From contig NC_014033.1 in the NCBI RefSeq assembly GCF_000025925.1, positions 3,540,001 to 3,572,000 on the forward strand: a DNA stretch of 32,000 nucleotides, written 5' to 3'. Shown here in pieces: positions 15,544-24,648 of this stretch. Source of the DNA: Xylanibacter ruminicola 23 (lineage in GTDB: Bacteria > Bacteroidota > Bacteroidia > Bacteroidales > Bacteroidaceae). Each line of letters starts with the position of its first letter. Positions within the stretch are counted from its first letter, which is position 1. Under the pieces are notes generated by a model. That model worked only from the letters and a program-made list of their open reading frames with translations, was not told where the DNA came from and did no database searches. Position numbers and translations under genes: made by a program.

Positions 15544-17073
15544 ATGGCAAGTAACCAGAACCAGAATTCTTCGACTATAACCGGCGACGCAAAAAGCCGT
15601 ATAGATAAAATTTGGGATACGCTATGGGCAGGTGGAATCACCGTGCCCGTTACAATCCTTGAACAACTTACATATCTGTTTTTCATCAAGTTGCTGGATG
15701 ACAAGCAGCGACGCGAGGAGAGTAACGCTATCGAGTTTGGTTACGAACTCGAAGACCCTTTGTTTAAGAAAGGGCAGAAGTGGACCAACCCTGAAACCAA
15801 CCAAGAGGTACCTTACGAGGAATTGCGCTGGTCGGTATTCAAGAGCTTCTCGGCTCAGAATATGTTGCACCACGTGCGTAATAATGTGTTTGTGTTTATC
15901 AAGGGCATTGGAAAAGAGAGTGGTTCGGCTTATAGTCGCTATATGCAGGATGCTGTGTTCAGCATTCCTAAGGCAGATGTACTGCAGTCCGTGGTAGATG
16001 ATATCGACCTGCTGGATATGGAAGATGCCGACACAATGGGCGATGTGTATGAGTATATGCTGGCGCGCATGTCGGAGAAAGGCCAGAATGGACAGTTCCG
16101 TACCCCTCGCCACATCATCCGAATGATCATTACGATGGCCGAGCCTAAGATCGATGATGTGATTTGCGACCCTGCGATGGGTAGCGCAGGATTCATCATG
16201 GAGGCTGCCAAGCAGATATACGACCAGAATCGTGCTGTAATCCAGTCGAACGAGGATGTGCGTAAACGCTATTATTCTACCATGTTCAACGGTTTTGATA
16301 CCGACCAGACTATGTTGCGTATCGGTGCGATGAACATGCTGCTGCATGGTATCCCTTCGCCCAATATCAAGTATCAGGACTCGCTGTCGGAGGATAATAC
16401 CGATCAGAGCCGCTATACACTCTGTGTGGCCAATCCGCCATTCTCGGGTAAAGTGCTTAAAGGCACTATCAGCAAGAGTCTGCTCTCTATAGCCAATACC
16501 AACGCTACCGAACTGCTGTTTGTGGCGCTGTTTGTACGCTCGCTTAAGGTGGGTGGCCGATGTTTCTCGGTAGTACCCGATGGCGTGCTGTTTGGTAACG
16601 ATAAGGCCCACATGGCCATCCGTAAGGAGCTGGTTGATAAGCAATGCTTACGTGCCGTTATCTCTATGCCTGCTGGTGTGTTCCAGCCATATAGCGGCGT
16701 TTCTACCGCCATCCTGGTGTTTACCAAAACCGATGCTGGTGGTACGGATAAGGTGTGGTTCTACGAGATGCGTGGCGATGGCTTTACGCTCAATGCCAAG
16801 CGCACACCTTGCAGCGACGATGATATCCCCGATCTGCTGCAGCGTTGGCAGCATTTGGATGCCGAGACCGATCGCACACGAAAGGACCAGAGTTTCTTGG
16901 TGCCTGTGGATGAAATCCGTCAGAACGACTACGACCTGACCTTTAATAAGTACAAGGAAGTGGTTCGCGAAAAAGTGGTTTACGACGATCCCAAGGATGT
17001 GTTTGCCCGTATCGAGGCCCTTGAGACGCAGTTTGCTGCTAAGCAGCAGGAGTTTAAAACCAAGTATTTGTAA
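15544..17073 (+). CDS. hsdM: Type I restriction-modification N6-adenine DNA methyltransferase subunit
   Basis: 509 aa. HsdM N-terminal helical domain, AdoMet motif DPAMGSAGF, catalytic CVANPPFSG. Confidence 0.92.
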   Translation: MASNQNQNSSTITGDAKSRIDKIWDTLWAGGITVPVTILEQLTYLFFIKLLDDKQRREESNAIEFGYELEDPLFKKGQKWTNPETNQEVPYEELRWSVFKSFSAQNMLHHVRNNVFVFIKGIGKESGSAYSRYMQDAVFSIPKADVLQSVVDDIDLLDMEDADTMGDVYEYMLARMSEKGQNGQFRTPRHIIRMIITMAEPKIDDVICDPAMGSAGFIMEAAKQIYDQNRAVIQSNEDVRKRYYSTMFNGFDTDQTMLRIGAMNMLLHGIPSPNIKYQDSLSEDNTDQSRYTLCVANPPFSGKVLKGTISKSLLSIANTNATELLFVALFVRSLKVGGRCFSVVPDGVLFGNDKAHMAIRKELVDKQCLRAVISMPAGVFQPYSGVSTAILVFTKTDAGGTDKVWFYEMRGDGFTLNAKRTPCSDDDIPDLLQRWQHLDAETDRTRKDQSFLVPVDEIRQNDYDLTFNKYKEVVREKVVYDDPKDVFARIEALETQFAAKQQEFKTKYL

Positions 17074-17110
17074 TTTTCCACGCACTGCGTACACAATTTG
17101 AAACAAGACT

Positions 17111-18325
17111 ATGAATAAGGAAATACAGTTATCTGGCGAAAAACTGCTACGAGCTGTAGCTGATATTAAAGAAGCCATTTTGCAAGGCCAGTATGAGGCC
17201 AGCAAGGGCGTGAATCGCATACAGTTGGCAGTGTATTTTGGTATCGGAAAATATATCTCCCAGCATACACGAAAGGGTGTATGGGGTACTGGCGCATTAG
17301 ATGCAATCAGCAATCAGTTACGTAGAGAATTGCCTGGACTGCGTGGATTCTCGGCTACCAGTCTGAAGAAAATGCGATTGTTTTATGAACATTGGGCATT
17401 TTTGGACGCAAAATCGTCCGTCACAACGGACAATTTCAATTCGTCCGTCGCAACGGACGATATTTCAGGAAGTGAGCTTGCTGATAATTCGGCAACTTCA
17501 ATTGTAAAATTGGAAGAAATTGATATTTATAATACGATTCAAGTTCCTCTTACACAAGATTTTCCTATAGAGGACTTCTTTAGAGTTCCATTTACGCACC
17601 ATGTCGAAATATTCAAGATTACCAATCTTGATGCACGCTATTACTACATACATAGGACTGCTGAGGAACATCTTCAAGTAGAGAGGCTAAAGAAGTTGAT
17701 CAAGGAGGATGCCTACGGCCATCGTGAGCAGATGCCCAGCAACTTTACTAAAACCATTTCTAATGCTGAGATGATGCGTAAGGCCGTCATGATGTTTAAA
17801 GACTCCTACATGCTGGATTTTATTAATGTGGAGGAGATTGGTGTGCGTGACAGTATTGATGTGGATGAGCGTGTAGTTGAAAGGGAAATAGTGAATAAGG
17901 TGAAGAATTTCATCATGACTATAGGGCGCGACTTTACGTTTATGGGAAACCAACAGCTGTTGGAGGTATATGGCGTAGAGCAGTTCCCCGACTTGTTGTT
18001 CTTCAATCGCGAGCTGAATGCTATGGTGGTGATAGAACTGAAGACAGGTGAATTCAAAACCAGCTATCTTGGTCAGCTGATGGGCTATCTTACTATTCTG
18101 GACGAGAAAGTCAGAAAACCACATGAGAACCCTAGTATTGGTATGGTATTGTGCAAGTCGGCCAATCGTGAGTACGTGGAGTTCATGATTCGCGACTATT
18201 CAAAGCCAATGGGTGTGGCTACTTATAAAACGGCTGATGATATGCCAGAGAAATTCCGTAAAGCATTGCCTGATATTGATGCTTTGAAGAAATTGATGAG
18301 CGAAGGGCAAGATAAGGATGAATAG
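17111..18325 (+). CDS. DUF1016/YhcG-family PD-(D/E)xK nuclease embedded in the R-M operon
   Basis: 404 aa. YhcG-like N-terminal domain (...GFSATSLKKMRLFYEHW). C-terminal FPDLLFFNRELNAMVVIELKTGEFK...NPSIGMVLCKS matches the PD-ExK core. Confidence 0.8.
   Translation: MNKEIQLSGEKLLRAVADIKEAILQGQYEASKGVNRIQLAVYFGIGKYISQHTRKGVWGTGALDAISNQLRRELPGLRGFSATSLKKMRLFYEHWAFLDAKSSVTTDNFNSSVATDDISGSELADNSATSIVKLEEIDIYNTIQVPLTQDFPIEDFFRVPFTHHVEIFKITNLDARYYYIHRTAEEHLQVERLKKLIKEDAYGHREQMPSNFTKTISNAEMMRKAVMMFKDSYMLDFINVEEIGVRDSIDVDERVVEREIVNKVKNFIMTIGRDFTFMGNQQLLEVYGVEQFPDLLFFNRELNAMVVIELKTGEFKTSYLGQLMGYLTILDEKVRKPHENPSIGMVLCKSANREYVEFMIRDYSKPMGVATYKTADDMPEKFRKALPDIDALKKLMSEGQDKDE
17414..17461. repeat. Tandem 27-nt duplication, each copy a hairpin with core (G/A)CAACGGAC
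   Basis: tcgtccgtcacaacggacaat (6-bp stem) and tcgtccgtcgcaacggacgat (8-bp stem, loop cgca). They encode SSVTTDNFN and SSVATDDIS. Confidence 0.8.
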
Positions 18326-18365
18326 ATTCTAATTGTACTGAAATCGGTGCATTTAACTAAGATAT

Positions 18366-19544
18366 ATGGATAGAAGTAAGTGGGAATATAAGAAACTTGG
18401 AGAGGTAGCTAAGTTTGTCGGAGGAGGAACGCCTTCAAAAGCAAATGAGGATTATTACACTGGTAATATCCCCTGGGCAACCGTGCGTGATATGGTGAAT
18501 TTTAATCTATCGAAAACTGAATTGTGCATCACAGACCAGGCAGTCAAAGAAAGTGCAACAAATATTATTCCTAAAGATACTATTATAATTTCAACTCATG
18601 TAGGGTTAGGTAAGATATGTCTGTTAATGCAAGACACAGCGATCAATCAGGATTTGAAAGGTGTAATCCTCCCTCAATCAGTCGATAAAATGTTCTTTGC
18701 TGCATGGTATAAAAGTATTGCAGATTATGTCATATCTAATGGAAAAGGCGCAACCGTCAAGGGGGTGACTATGAAATTTGTAAATGACTTGAAGATTCCT
18801 ATACCACCTATTAATGACCAGCAGCGGATTGTGGCGGAGTTGGATTGCTTGAACGAAATGATTGCTTTAAAGCAAGAGCAGTTAAAGGAGTTCGATAAAC
18901 TCGCTCAGTCTATCTTCTATAATATGTTTGGGGATCCTGTTACTAATGAAAAGGAATGGGATGTTATTGAATTAGGGGATAAATGTGAGGTGACATCGTT
19001 TAAAAGAGTACTAATCGAGGATGTCGTTGATTCTGGAGTTCCTTTTATAAGAGGTACTGAATTAATGGCACTAAGCAAGGCTACTAAAGGTGAAAAAATA
19101 GAATTTACTTTATTCATAACACCAGAACATTATGAGCAAGTAAAAGCAATATCTGGCGTTCCCGCTGTTGGCGATTTGCTTATTCCATCAATTAATTCTG
19201 AAGGAAATATATGGATTCTTGACACTGACGAACCTCGATATTATAAAGACGGACGAGTCTTATGGGTGCATGTAAATCACGATGCTTACACAAGTGAAGC
19301 GTTGAAATTTATTATGCATATTTTGCTTAAGAAGACTTATTCTGTAATGGCCACAGGTGCCACATTTGCAGAACTTAAGTTATTTGTGTTGCGAGAACTA
19401 AAGACAATTCTTCCCCCTCTCGCTCTGCAGCAGCAATTCGCTGAAAAGATTCAGGCGATTGAGGCACAGAAGGAACTGGTAAAAAAGAGCATTGCTGAAA
19501 CTCAGCAGTTGCTTGATAGTAGAATGGATTATTATTTTGATTAA
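18366..19544 (+). CDS. hsdS: Type I R-M specificity subunit (two target-recognition domains)
   Basis: 392 aa. Repeated conserved regions (IPIPPINDQQRIVAELD...LKQEQL and LPPLALQQQFAEKIQAIEAQKEL) separate two variable TRDs. Visibly more AT-rich than the core genes. Confidence 0.9.
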   Translation: MDRSKWEYKKLGEVAKFVGGGTPSKANEDYYTGNIPWATVRDMVNFNLSKTELCITDQAVKESATNIIPKDTIIISTHVGLGKICLLMQDTAINQDLKGVILPQSVDKMFFAAWYKSIADYVISNGKGATVKGVTMKFVNDLKIPIPPINDQQRIVAELDCLNEMIALKQEQLKEFDKLAQSIFYNMFGDPVTNEKEWDVIELGDKCEVTSFKRVLIEDVVDSGVPFIRGTELMALSKATKGEKIEFTLFITPEHYEQVKAISGVPAVGDLLIPSINSEGNIWILDTDEPRYYKDGRVLWVHVNHDAYTSEALKFIMHILLKKTYSVMATGATFAELKLFVLRELKTILPPLALQQQFAEKIQAIEAQKELVKKSIAETQQLLDSRMDYYFD

Positions 19545-19559
19545 GATATTTTGAATATT

Positions 19560-19832
19560 ATGAATAAGGAACAAAAAATACATGAAGAAATGATGCGTAT
19601 GAAGGTCAATAATGCTACGATGGACATTATACGCGCAGTAAAGGTACAAGGTCTTGATCCGCAAGCAACTATTGTCTCTATCGTGAAAGCTTCGGCAGTT
19701 CTTATAGAGGGCTACGCTTCTATAGGCGGAGATGCTGATTCGTTAGAAATGATGATGAAGGAAATGATAAGGCCTGCGAGGAAGGAAGCGAAAAAGATGT
19801 ATAAAGACGCGAAGGATTTATTTAAAAACTAA
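19560..19832 (+). CDS. Hypothetical 90-aa protein between hsdS and hsdR
   Basis: First ATG at 19560 (track start 19551 is TTG). Predicted helical, Met/Lys-rich, with no recognisable motif. It fills an otherwise roughly 350-nt gap in the operon. Confidence 0.5.
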   Translation: MNKEQKIHEEMMRMKVNNATMDIIRAVKVQGLDPQATIVSIVKASAVLIEGYASIGGDADSLEMMMKEMIRPARKEAKKMYKDAKDLFKN

Positions 19833-19891
19833 ACGTGCAATGTCCCAGGTATGTCCTAAGTTGTAAATAGATAAATAAAACGATAACGACT

Positions 19892-22800
19892 ATGGCTAAA
19901 GAACCGACTATGTCGCTTGGCTCGTCCAAGAACTTCGACTACCTAAAAGAACTGCCGCTATTTACGACGCTGTATAATCAGTGCGACAAAGCGGAAAGTT
20001 GCTGCAAGACTGACCCAGATAAATCGGCAATGGCTTGCAGACGTTCATTAGAGTGGACTGTCGACCTGATTTATCGGGTACAGCATTGGGAAGTAGCGCC
20101 CCGTGCAACGCTCTTTGAAAAGGTAAAGGACTCGAAGTTTACCGATTTTATCAATTCGCGCGATTTGATGCAGAAACTGCATTTTGTGCGCAGCGTGGGC
20201 AATCGTGCTGCACATGCCGGCGGTGTGTCGAAAAAGGATAGCGAGTACGCCGTGATAGATATCTACTACTTTGTAGGCGACGTGCTGATGCTACTAGGCT
20301 ACATTGAGTGTTATCCTAAGTTTGATAAAGCGCTGATTCCTGATAAGGGTACACCAGTAATGGTGATTAGTGCTACCAGCGAAGAAATAGCCAAACAGCA
20401 GGAAGAGGCTGCTAAAACAGCTAAACCCGTAACTACTCCTGCATCGCAGGTGGTGGTAGCGCATAATCCTGAGAACCTATCCGAAGCCGAAACACGCAAG
20501 TTGTATATCGACGAGATGCTACGCGAGGCAGGGTGGGAGATATCAGAAACCGATAATGCTATCGTGAGCGGAAAGGCTTGCATCGAAATCGAGGTGCATG
20601 GTATGCCAAACGCATCGGGCATAGGTTATGCCGACTATGTGCTGTTTGATACCAACGGTATGCCTTTGGCTGTAGTTGAGGCTAAGAAAACAACGGTGGA
20701 TCCCATAGTGGGCAAAGCCCAAGCCGAACTCTATGCCAAGTGCCTGGAGGCAAAATATGGTGTAAAACCAGTAGTTTACTATACCAACGGATTCGAAACC
20801 AATATCATCGACGGATTGGGTTATCCAGCTCGCACTATCTACGGTTTCCATAGTCGACAGGATCTTCAGAAACTGATACAGAAGCGTGGCCGTCAGGATA
20901 TCATCGATATGCAGGCCAAGGACGAGATTGTGAACCGTCCATATCAAACCAGAGCCGTAAAACGTGTCTGCGAGCACTTTAATCTGAAGCATCGCCGCGC
21001 ATTGCTGGTAATGGCTACGGGTACAGGTAAAACGCGCGTATCTATAGCAATGGTAGAGGTGCTGCTGCGTAACAATTGGGTAAAGAATGTGCTGTTCTTA
21101 GCTGATCGTACAGCACTGGTAGAGCAGGCTTTTGGTAAGTTTAATACCTATCTGCCTGATGAGACCAAGTGTAATCTGTGCGACCCGCTGCAAGGCCGCA
21201 ACCTTGATGCACGTATATTGTTCTCTACCTACCAGACGATGATCAACTTCATCGATATCGAGGAGAAGACATTCAGTGTAGGTCGTTTCGATTTGATTAT
21301 CATCGATGAGGCTCACCGCTCGGTATTTGGTAAGTATGGTGCTATATTCGACTATTTCGACTCGTTGCTGGTAGGACTTACCGCCACGCCACGCGAGGAA
21401 ATCGACCGCAGCACCTACCGCCTGTTGGAGCTGGAGGATGGTGTGCCTAACGATTATTATGAGTATAGCGAGGCCGTAAGAGATGGGCATCTGGTAGATT
21501 TCGAGGCTCTTAGATACGATTCAGATATCCTGAAGCATGGTATCAGATACAACGACCGTACGGAAGAAGAAAAGGAACAATTAGATACCATCTTTGAGGA
21601 AGAGGGTACTGGCGAACGCGATATCGACAACAACGAGATATTCCGTTATATCTATAATACAGATACCATCGACAAGGTGCTGCAGGAACTGATGGAAAAG
21701 GGACTGCGTGTGGATAGCGGCGAGAATATAGGTAAGACCATTATATTTGCTTACAACCATAAGCATGCAGCAAAGATAGCCGAGCGGTTTGCTGTACTGT
21801 ATCCGCAACTGGGCGCTGACTATTGCGAGGTAATCGACTATCAGGAAACTCAGAAAAAGTATTTGCTTGGTGAGTTTGAGAAGGTAGATCACGAACCACG
21901 TATAGCCGTAAGTGTGGACATGCTTGATACAGGCATCGATGTGCCCGAAATACTGAATCTGGTATTCTTTAAACCGGTACACTCGAAGATTAAGTTCGAA
22001 CAGATGAAGGGACGTGGAACCCGACTGTGCGAGAACCTGTTAGGACCAGGCAAACATAAGGAGAAATTCCTGATTTTCGACTTCTGTAACAACTTTGATT
22101 ACTTCGACGAGAATCCGAATGGTGCCACTACTTCAAGGCCAGTATCGCTTACAGAGCGTATTTTCGGTATGAAGTCGGATATGACTTTGCTGTTGCAGCG
22201 CGAGGGTAATAAAGACTTTGAGCGCCAGCTGCATAGTGAGATGAAACACGAGTTATGGCAGCAGGTAGATGGGCTTGGATTTGAGCGAATACTGGTGCGT
22301 AAGAATGGGGCAGAGATCGACCCGTTCCGAGCCGAAAAATATTGGGATGACCTGAAGGAAGCCGATATCGCTGTACTAAAGCATACCATCGGCCCATTGC
22401 TGGTAGCTTCGGGTGACGAAATGGCTATGATGCTGGATGTGATGATGTATGCCTGCGAACTGGCATATCTCAGAAAGGTAGCTATGCCATCAGCTGTTGT
22501 CGAGAAACTTAAGCAACTGTGTTACTTCTTGAAAGCTAAGAAGAGTAACATCCCACAAGTAAGAGAGCAAATGGCAACCTTAGATGAGGTGATGACCGAC
22601 GAGTTCTGGCAGAAGGCTACGCTTGAGGATATGGAACGTGTGCGCAAGGTGCTGAGGGAACTGATGCGCTTTGCCATCGATAAGAACGATAACAAAACGT
22701 TTGATGTTGACATCAAGGATATCATAGATGCCCCACGCGTAGATACGCCTAAACCACAGAATGTAACTTATAGTCAGAAAGTGTTCGACTATCTGGCTGA

Positions 22801-23284
22801 GCATCGCAACGACGAGGTGTTCCAGAAGATATATAATATGGAGCAGTTGACTATTGCTGATGTACACGAGCTGGAGCGTATCATGTGGGAAGAGTTAGGT
22901 AGCAAGGAACAGTATGAAGAATACTGCAAACGAGAGCGCAAGATATATGGTGGCAATGTAGCTGCATTGATTCGTTCGCTGTGCGGTATCGACAGGGCAA
23001 AGGCTCATCAGAAGTTCTACGAGTTTATCCGTTCTGAGCAGCTAACAGCCATACAAGAGGAATATCTGGATAGCATACTGAACTATGTATGTGCCAATGG
23101 CGATATGGAACGCCGCACCTTAGGTCAGGATCCGTATCGTGAGTTTAACTGGCAACTGGCTTTTGGCGACAATCGCGCCAAAGTGGCCAACTACGTAGAT
23201 TTTATGCACCATCTGATAGAGGGCGTCATACCATACCCCAAACTCGACGAAGAAACCTCTCTCCCCATGGCCGCCGAAGAGTAA
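19892..23284 (+). CDS. hsdR: Type I restriction endonuclease subunit R with N-terminal DUF4145-like domain
   Basis: 1130 aa. PD-(D/E)xK motif (YADYVLFD...VVEAKK), Walker A MATGTGKT, DEAH box IIIDEAHRS, motif VI QMKGRGTR, and a long helical C-terminal region of the EcoEI-R type. The first roughly 140 aa resemble DUF4145. Confidence 0.9.
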   Translation: MAKEPTMSLGSSKNFDYLKELPLFTTLYNQCDKAESCCKTDPDKSAMACRRSLEWTVDLIYRVQHWEVAPRATLFEKVKDSKFTDFINSRDLMQKLHFVRSVGNRAAHAGGVSKKDSEYAVIDIYYFVGDVLMLLGYIECYPKFDKALIPDKGTPVMVISATSEEIAKQQEEAAKTAKPVTTPASQVVVAHNPENLSEAETRKLYIDEMLREAGWEISETDNAIVSGKACIEIEVHGMPNASGIGYADYVLFDTNGMPLAVVEAKKTTVDPIVGKAQAELYAKCLEAKYGVKPVVYYTNGFETNIIDGLGYPARTIYGFHSRQDLQKLIQKRGRQDIIDMQAKDEIVNRPYQTRAVKRVCEHFNLKHRRALLVMATGTGKTRVSIAMVEVLLRNNWVKNVLFLADRTALVEQAFGKFNTYLPDETKCNLCDPLQGRNLDARILFSTYQTMINFIDIEEKTFSVGRFDLIIIDEAHRSVFGKYGAIFDYFDSLLVGLTATPREEIDRSTYRLLELEDGVPNDYYEYSEAVRDGHLVDFEALRYDSDILKHGIRYNDRTEEEKEQLDTIFEEEGTGERDIDNNEIFRYIYNTDTIDKVLQELMEKGLRVDSGENIGKTIIFAYNHKHAAKIAERFAVLYPQLGADYCEVIDYQETQKKYLLGEFEKVDHEPRIAVSVDMLDTGIDVPEILNLVFFKPVHSKIKFEQMKGRGTRLCENLLGPGKHKEKFLIFDFCNNFDYFDENPNGATTSRPVSLTERIFGMKSDMTLLLQREGNKDFERQLHSEMKHELWQQVDGLGFERILVRKNGAEIDPFRAEKYWDDLKEADIAVLKHTIGPLLVASGDEMAMMLDVMMYACELAYLRKVAMPSAVVEKLKQLCYFLKAKKSNIPQVREQMATLDEVMTDEFWQKATLEDMERVRKVLRELMRFAIDKNDNKTFDVDIKDIIDAPRVDTPKPQNVTYSQKVFDYLAEHRNDEVFQKIYNMEQLTIADVHELERIMWEELGSKEQYEEYCKRERKIYGGNVAALIRSLCGIDRAKAHQKFYEFIRSEQLTAIQEEYLDSILNYVCANGDMERRTLGQDPYREFNWQLAFGDNRAKVANYVDFMHHLIEGVIPYPKLDEETSLPMAAEE

Positions 23285-23287
23285 GAA

Positions 23288-23418
23288 TAAAAAAGCGAGG
23301 AGCGAACATCACTGTTGGCTCCTCGTATTACTTAAACTATAAAATTGAATTAATCAACCATAAATCTTAACTAATGCTCAGCGCATCGCTGCGAATAATG
23401 GGCATTAAAACAAATTCC
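23288..23418 (-). ncRNA. Candidate small RNA (orphan promoter to terminator, about 130 nt)
   Basis: A minus-strand TAnnTTTG motif at 23425-23432 and a minus-oriented terminator at 23296-23325 bracket a region with no plausible ORF (longest is 12 aa). Confidence 0.25.
23296..23325. terminator. Hairpin terminator, stronger in the minus direction
   Basis: cgaggagc-N14-gctcctcg. On the minus strand it is followed by cttttttatt; on the plus strand only by tattactt. Confidence 0.6.
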
Positions 23419-23424
23419 TAGGTG

Positions 23425-23432
23425 CAAATATA
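23425..23432 (-). promoter_or_regulatory. Orphan TAnnTTTG motif (tatatttg on minus strand)
   Basis: Exact motif pointing toward the hsdR 3' end, with no minus-strand CDS downstream. Confidence 0.35.
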
Positions 23433-23495
23433 ATACTATTTTTTGAACCATCAATAATTAATCGGGAAAAATTTTGTTAATTCTATTAAATTTAT

Positions 23496-23503
23496 TACCT
23501 TTG
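23496..23503 (+). promoter_or_regulatory. TAnnTTTG motif (tacctttg)
   Basis: Exact motif about 215 nt upstream of the next sizeable ORF (23720), implying a long leader. Confidence 0.45.
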
Positions 23504-23719
23504 CATTCGTATTAGTAAACCTAACTTAAGTTATTTATTGAGAGTTGTTAACATGTTGAATTACTTAAAATCAGAAAGGAGGGCAAAGAGATGATGATAA
23601 CATAAGATTTTCCGTTTAATATTTGGGCGGAAAGTCTTTATTACGAAAGATGCACCGCCTGTGATAAATGTATGAAGACTAATATCAAACCTATTCTATA
23701 AAAGCTAAGACTGAATAAA

Positions 23720-24589
23720 ATGAAATTCAAGGTCTTTTTCGTCAGGTATGTACAAAGCATGCCTGATCTCTTCGGGAATGTCGTGGCCGTAGATGGTACC
23801 GATGCTCTCAAACCCGTGATTGTCAACGACTTCTTGAAACGCAAGGAGCTAACTTTTATCAACCCCAGAAATGGAAAAACCTATCACCGACATTATGCCA
23901 TTATGCCTCAGGGTGGAGTGGCTGTGATTGATGTGGGAAAATATGTGGATGGCAACTTTGTGTATGCTACCGTAGGCATTAATCTGAGCGGTAACCAGTA
24001 CCAACCATATATAGTGATAGGATGCCACCATAAAGAGTTTAGCGATACAAACCTGATAGCTAATATGGTAACACAATCGCTTAACTGGGCGCTGGCTGGT
24101 ACCAATACAACCGTAAAGCTTGAGGCCTGCCATAAGCCAATAGCCTGGGAAAAGGATATCTTGCATTCGTATATGAAGGGTATGGATAACCGTATGTTTA
24201 ACCCCATGAATGTTTTTGGATATGAGATGCTTGAAGAGCGGTTTGAAGAAATCGGTAAAAGTAAGGGGCGACCAAGAAAATCGATTAATATAGACGATTA
24301 TCTGCCCAAGGCTATGCGACAGAAAATTAAAGACTGGCTACATGAGGAGACTGATCAATATCAGTATCCGATTGATATGATGAGGGCTATAAGAGTTCTG
24401 TTTGAACTGGAGATTATTAAGAGGCCTACTTACGAGGCATTTGTGAGAGCGTTTGATAAAGAACAACTGATAGCGCCATCGACCTATAATAGTTATATGA
24501 ACCTGAATAATAATCCCTATGAACACGATGCTACTTACGTAAGTATGAAAGCTGATGCAAGGAGAAAGTTCTTTCTTGATAGCGTTTGA
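23720..24589 (+). CDS. Hypothetical 289-aa protein with AT-hook-like motif
   Basis: No family recognised. GKSKGRPRKSIN has a GRP core flanked by basic residues. The C-terminal block (...RPTYEAFVRAF...APSTYNSYMN) resembles a block in the next ORF. Confidence 0.65.
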   Translation: MKFKVFFVRYVQSMPDLFGNVVAVDGTDALKPVIVNDFLKRKELTFINPRNGKTYHRHYAIMPQGGVAVIDVGKYVDGNFVYATVGINLSGNQYQPYIVIGCHHKEFSDTNLIANMVTQSLNWALAGTNTTVKLEACHKPIAWEKDILHSYMKGMDNRMFNPMNVFGYEMLEERFEEIGKSKGRPRKSINIDDYLPKAMRQKIKDWLHEETDQYQYPIDMMRAIRVLFELEIIKRPTYEAFVRAFDKEQLIAPSTYNSYMNLNNNPYEHDATYVSMKADARRKFFLDSV

Positions 24590-24647
24590 TAGCGTTTGAT
24601 AGCATTTAATAGCATTAGATAGCGTTTAATAGCGCTTGATAGCATTA
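24578..24647 (+). repeat. Seven tandem 10-bp iteron-like repeats (R)ATAGCRYTW
   Basis: gatagcgttt gatagcgttt gatagcattt aatagcatta gatagcgttt aatagcgctt gatagcatta. The first unit overlaps the last codons of the AT-hook ORF. Confidence 0.9.
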
Positions 24648-24648
24648 T

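Noticed and set aside
15622-16644. 340-aa minus-strand ORF opposite hsdM (also 16648-17313 opposite hsdM/DUF1016)
   Set aside because: Antisense to genes with clear catalytic motifs; no independent signals.
18366-19544. Phase-variable hsdS shufflon
   Set aside because: There is only one hsdS gene, with no inverted partial hsdS copies, no repeated TRD-flanking sequences and no adjacent recombinase in the window.
23577-23605. AGGAGG followed 8 nt later by the mini-ORF ATG ATG ATA ACA TAA in the long leader upstream of the AT-hook ORF
   Set aside because: It encodes only four codons, and Bacteroidetes generally do not rely on Shine-Dalgarno pairing, so this is probably chance. It would merit attention only if conserved as a leader peptide.
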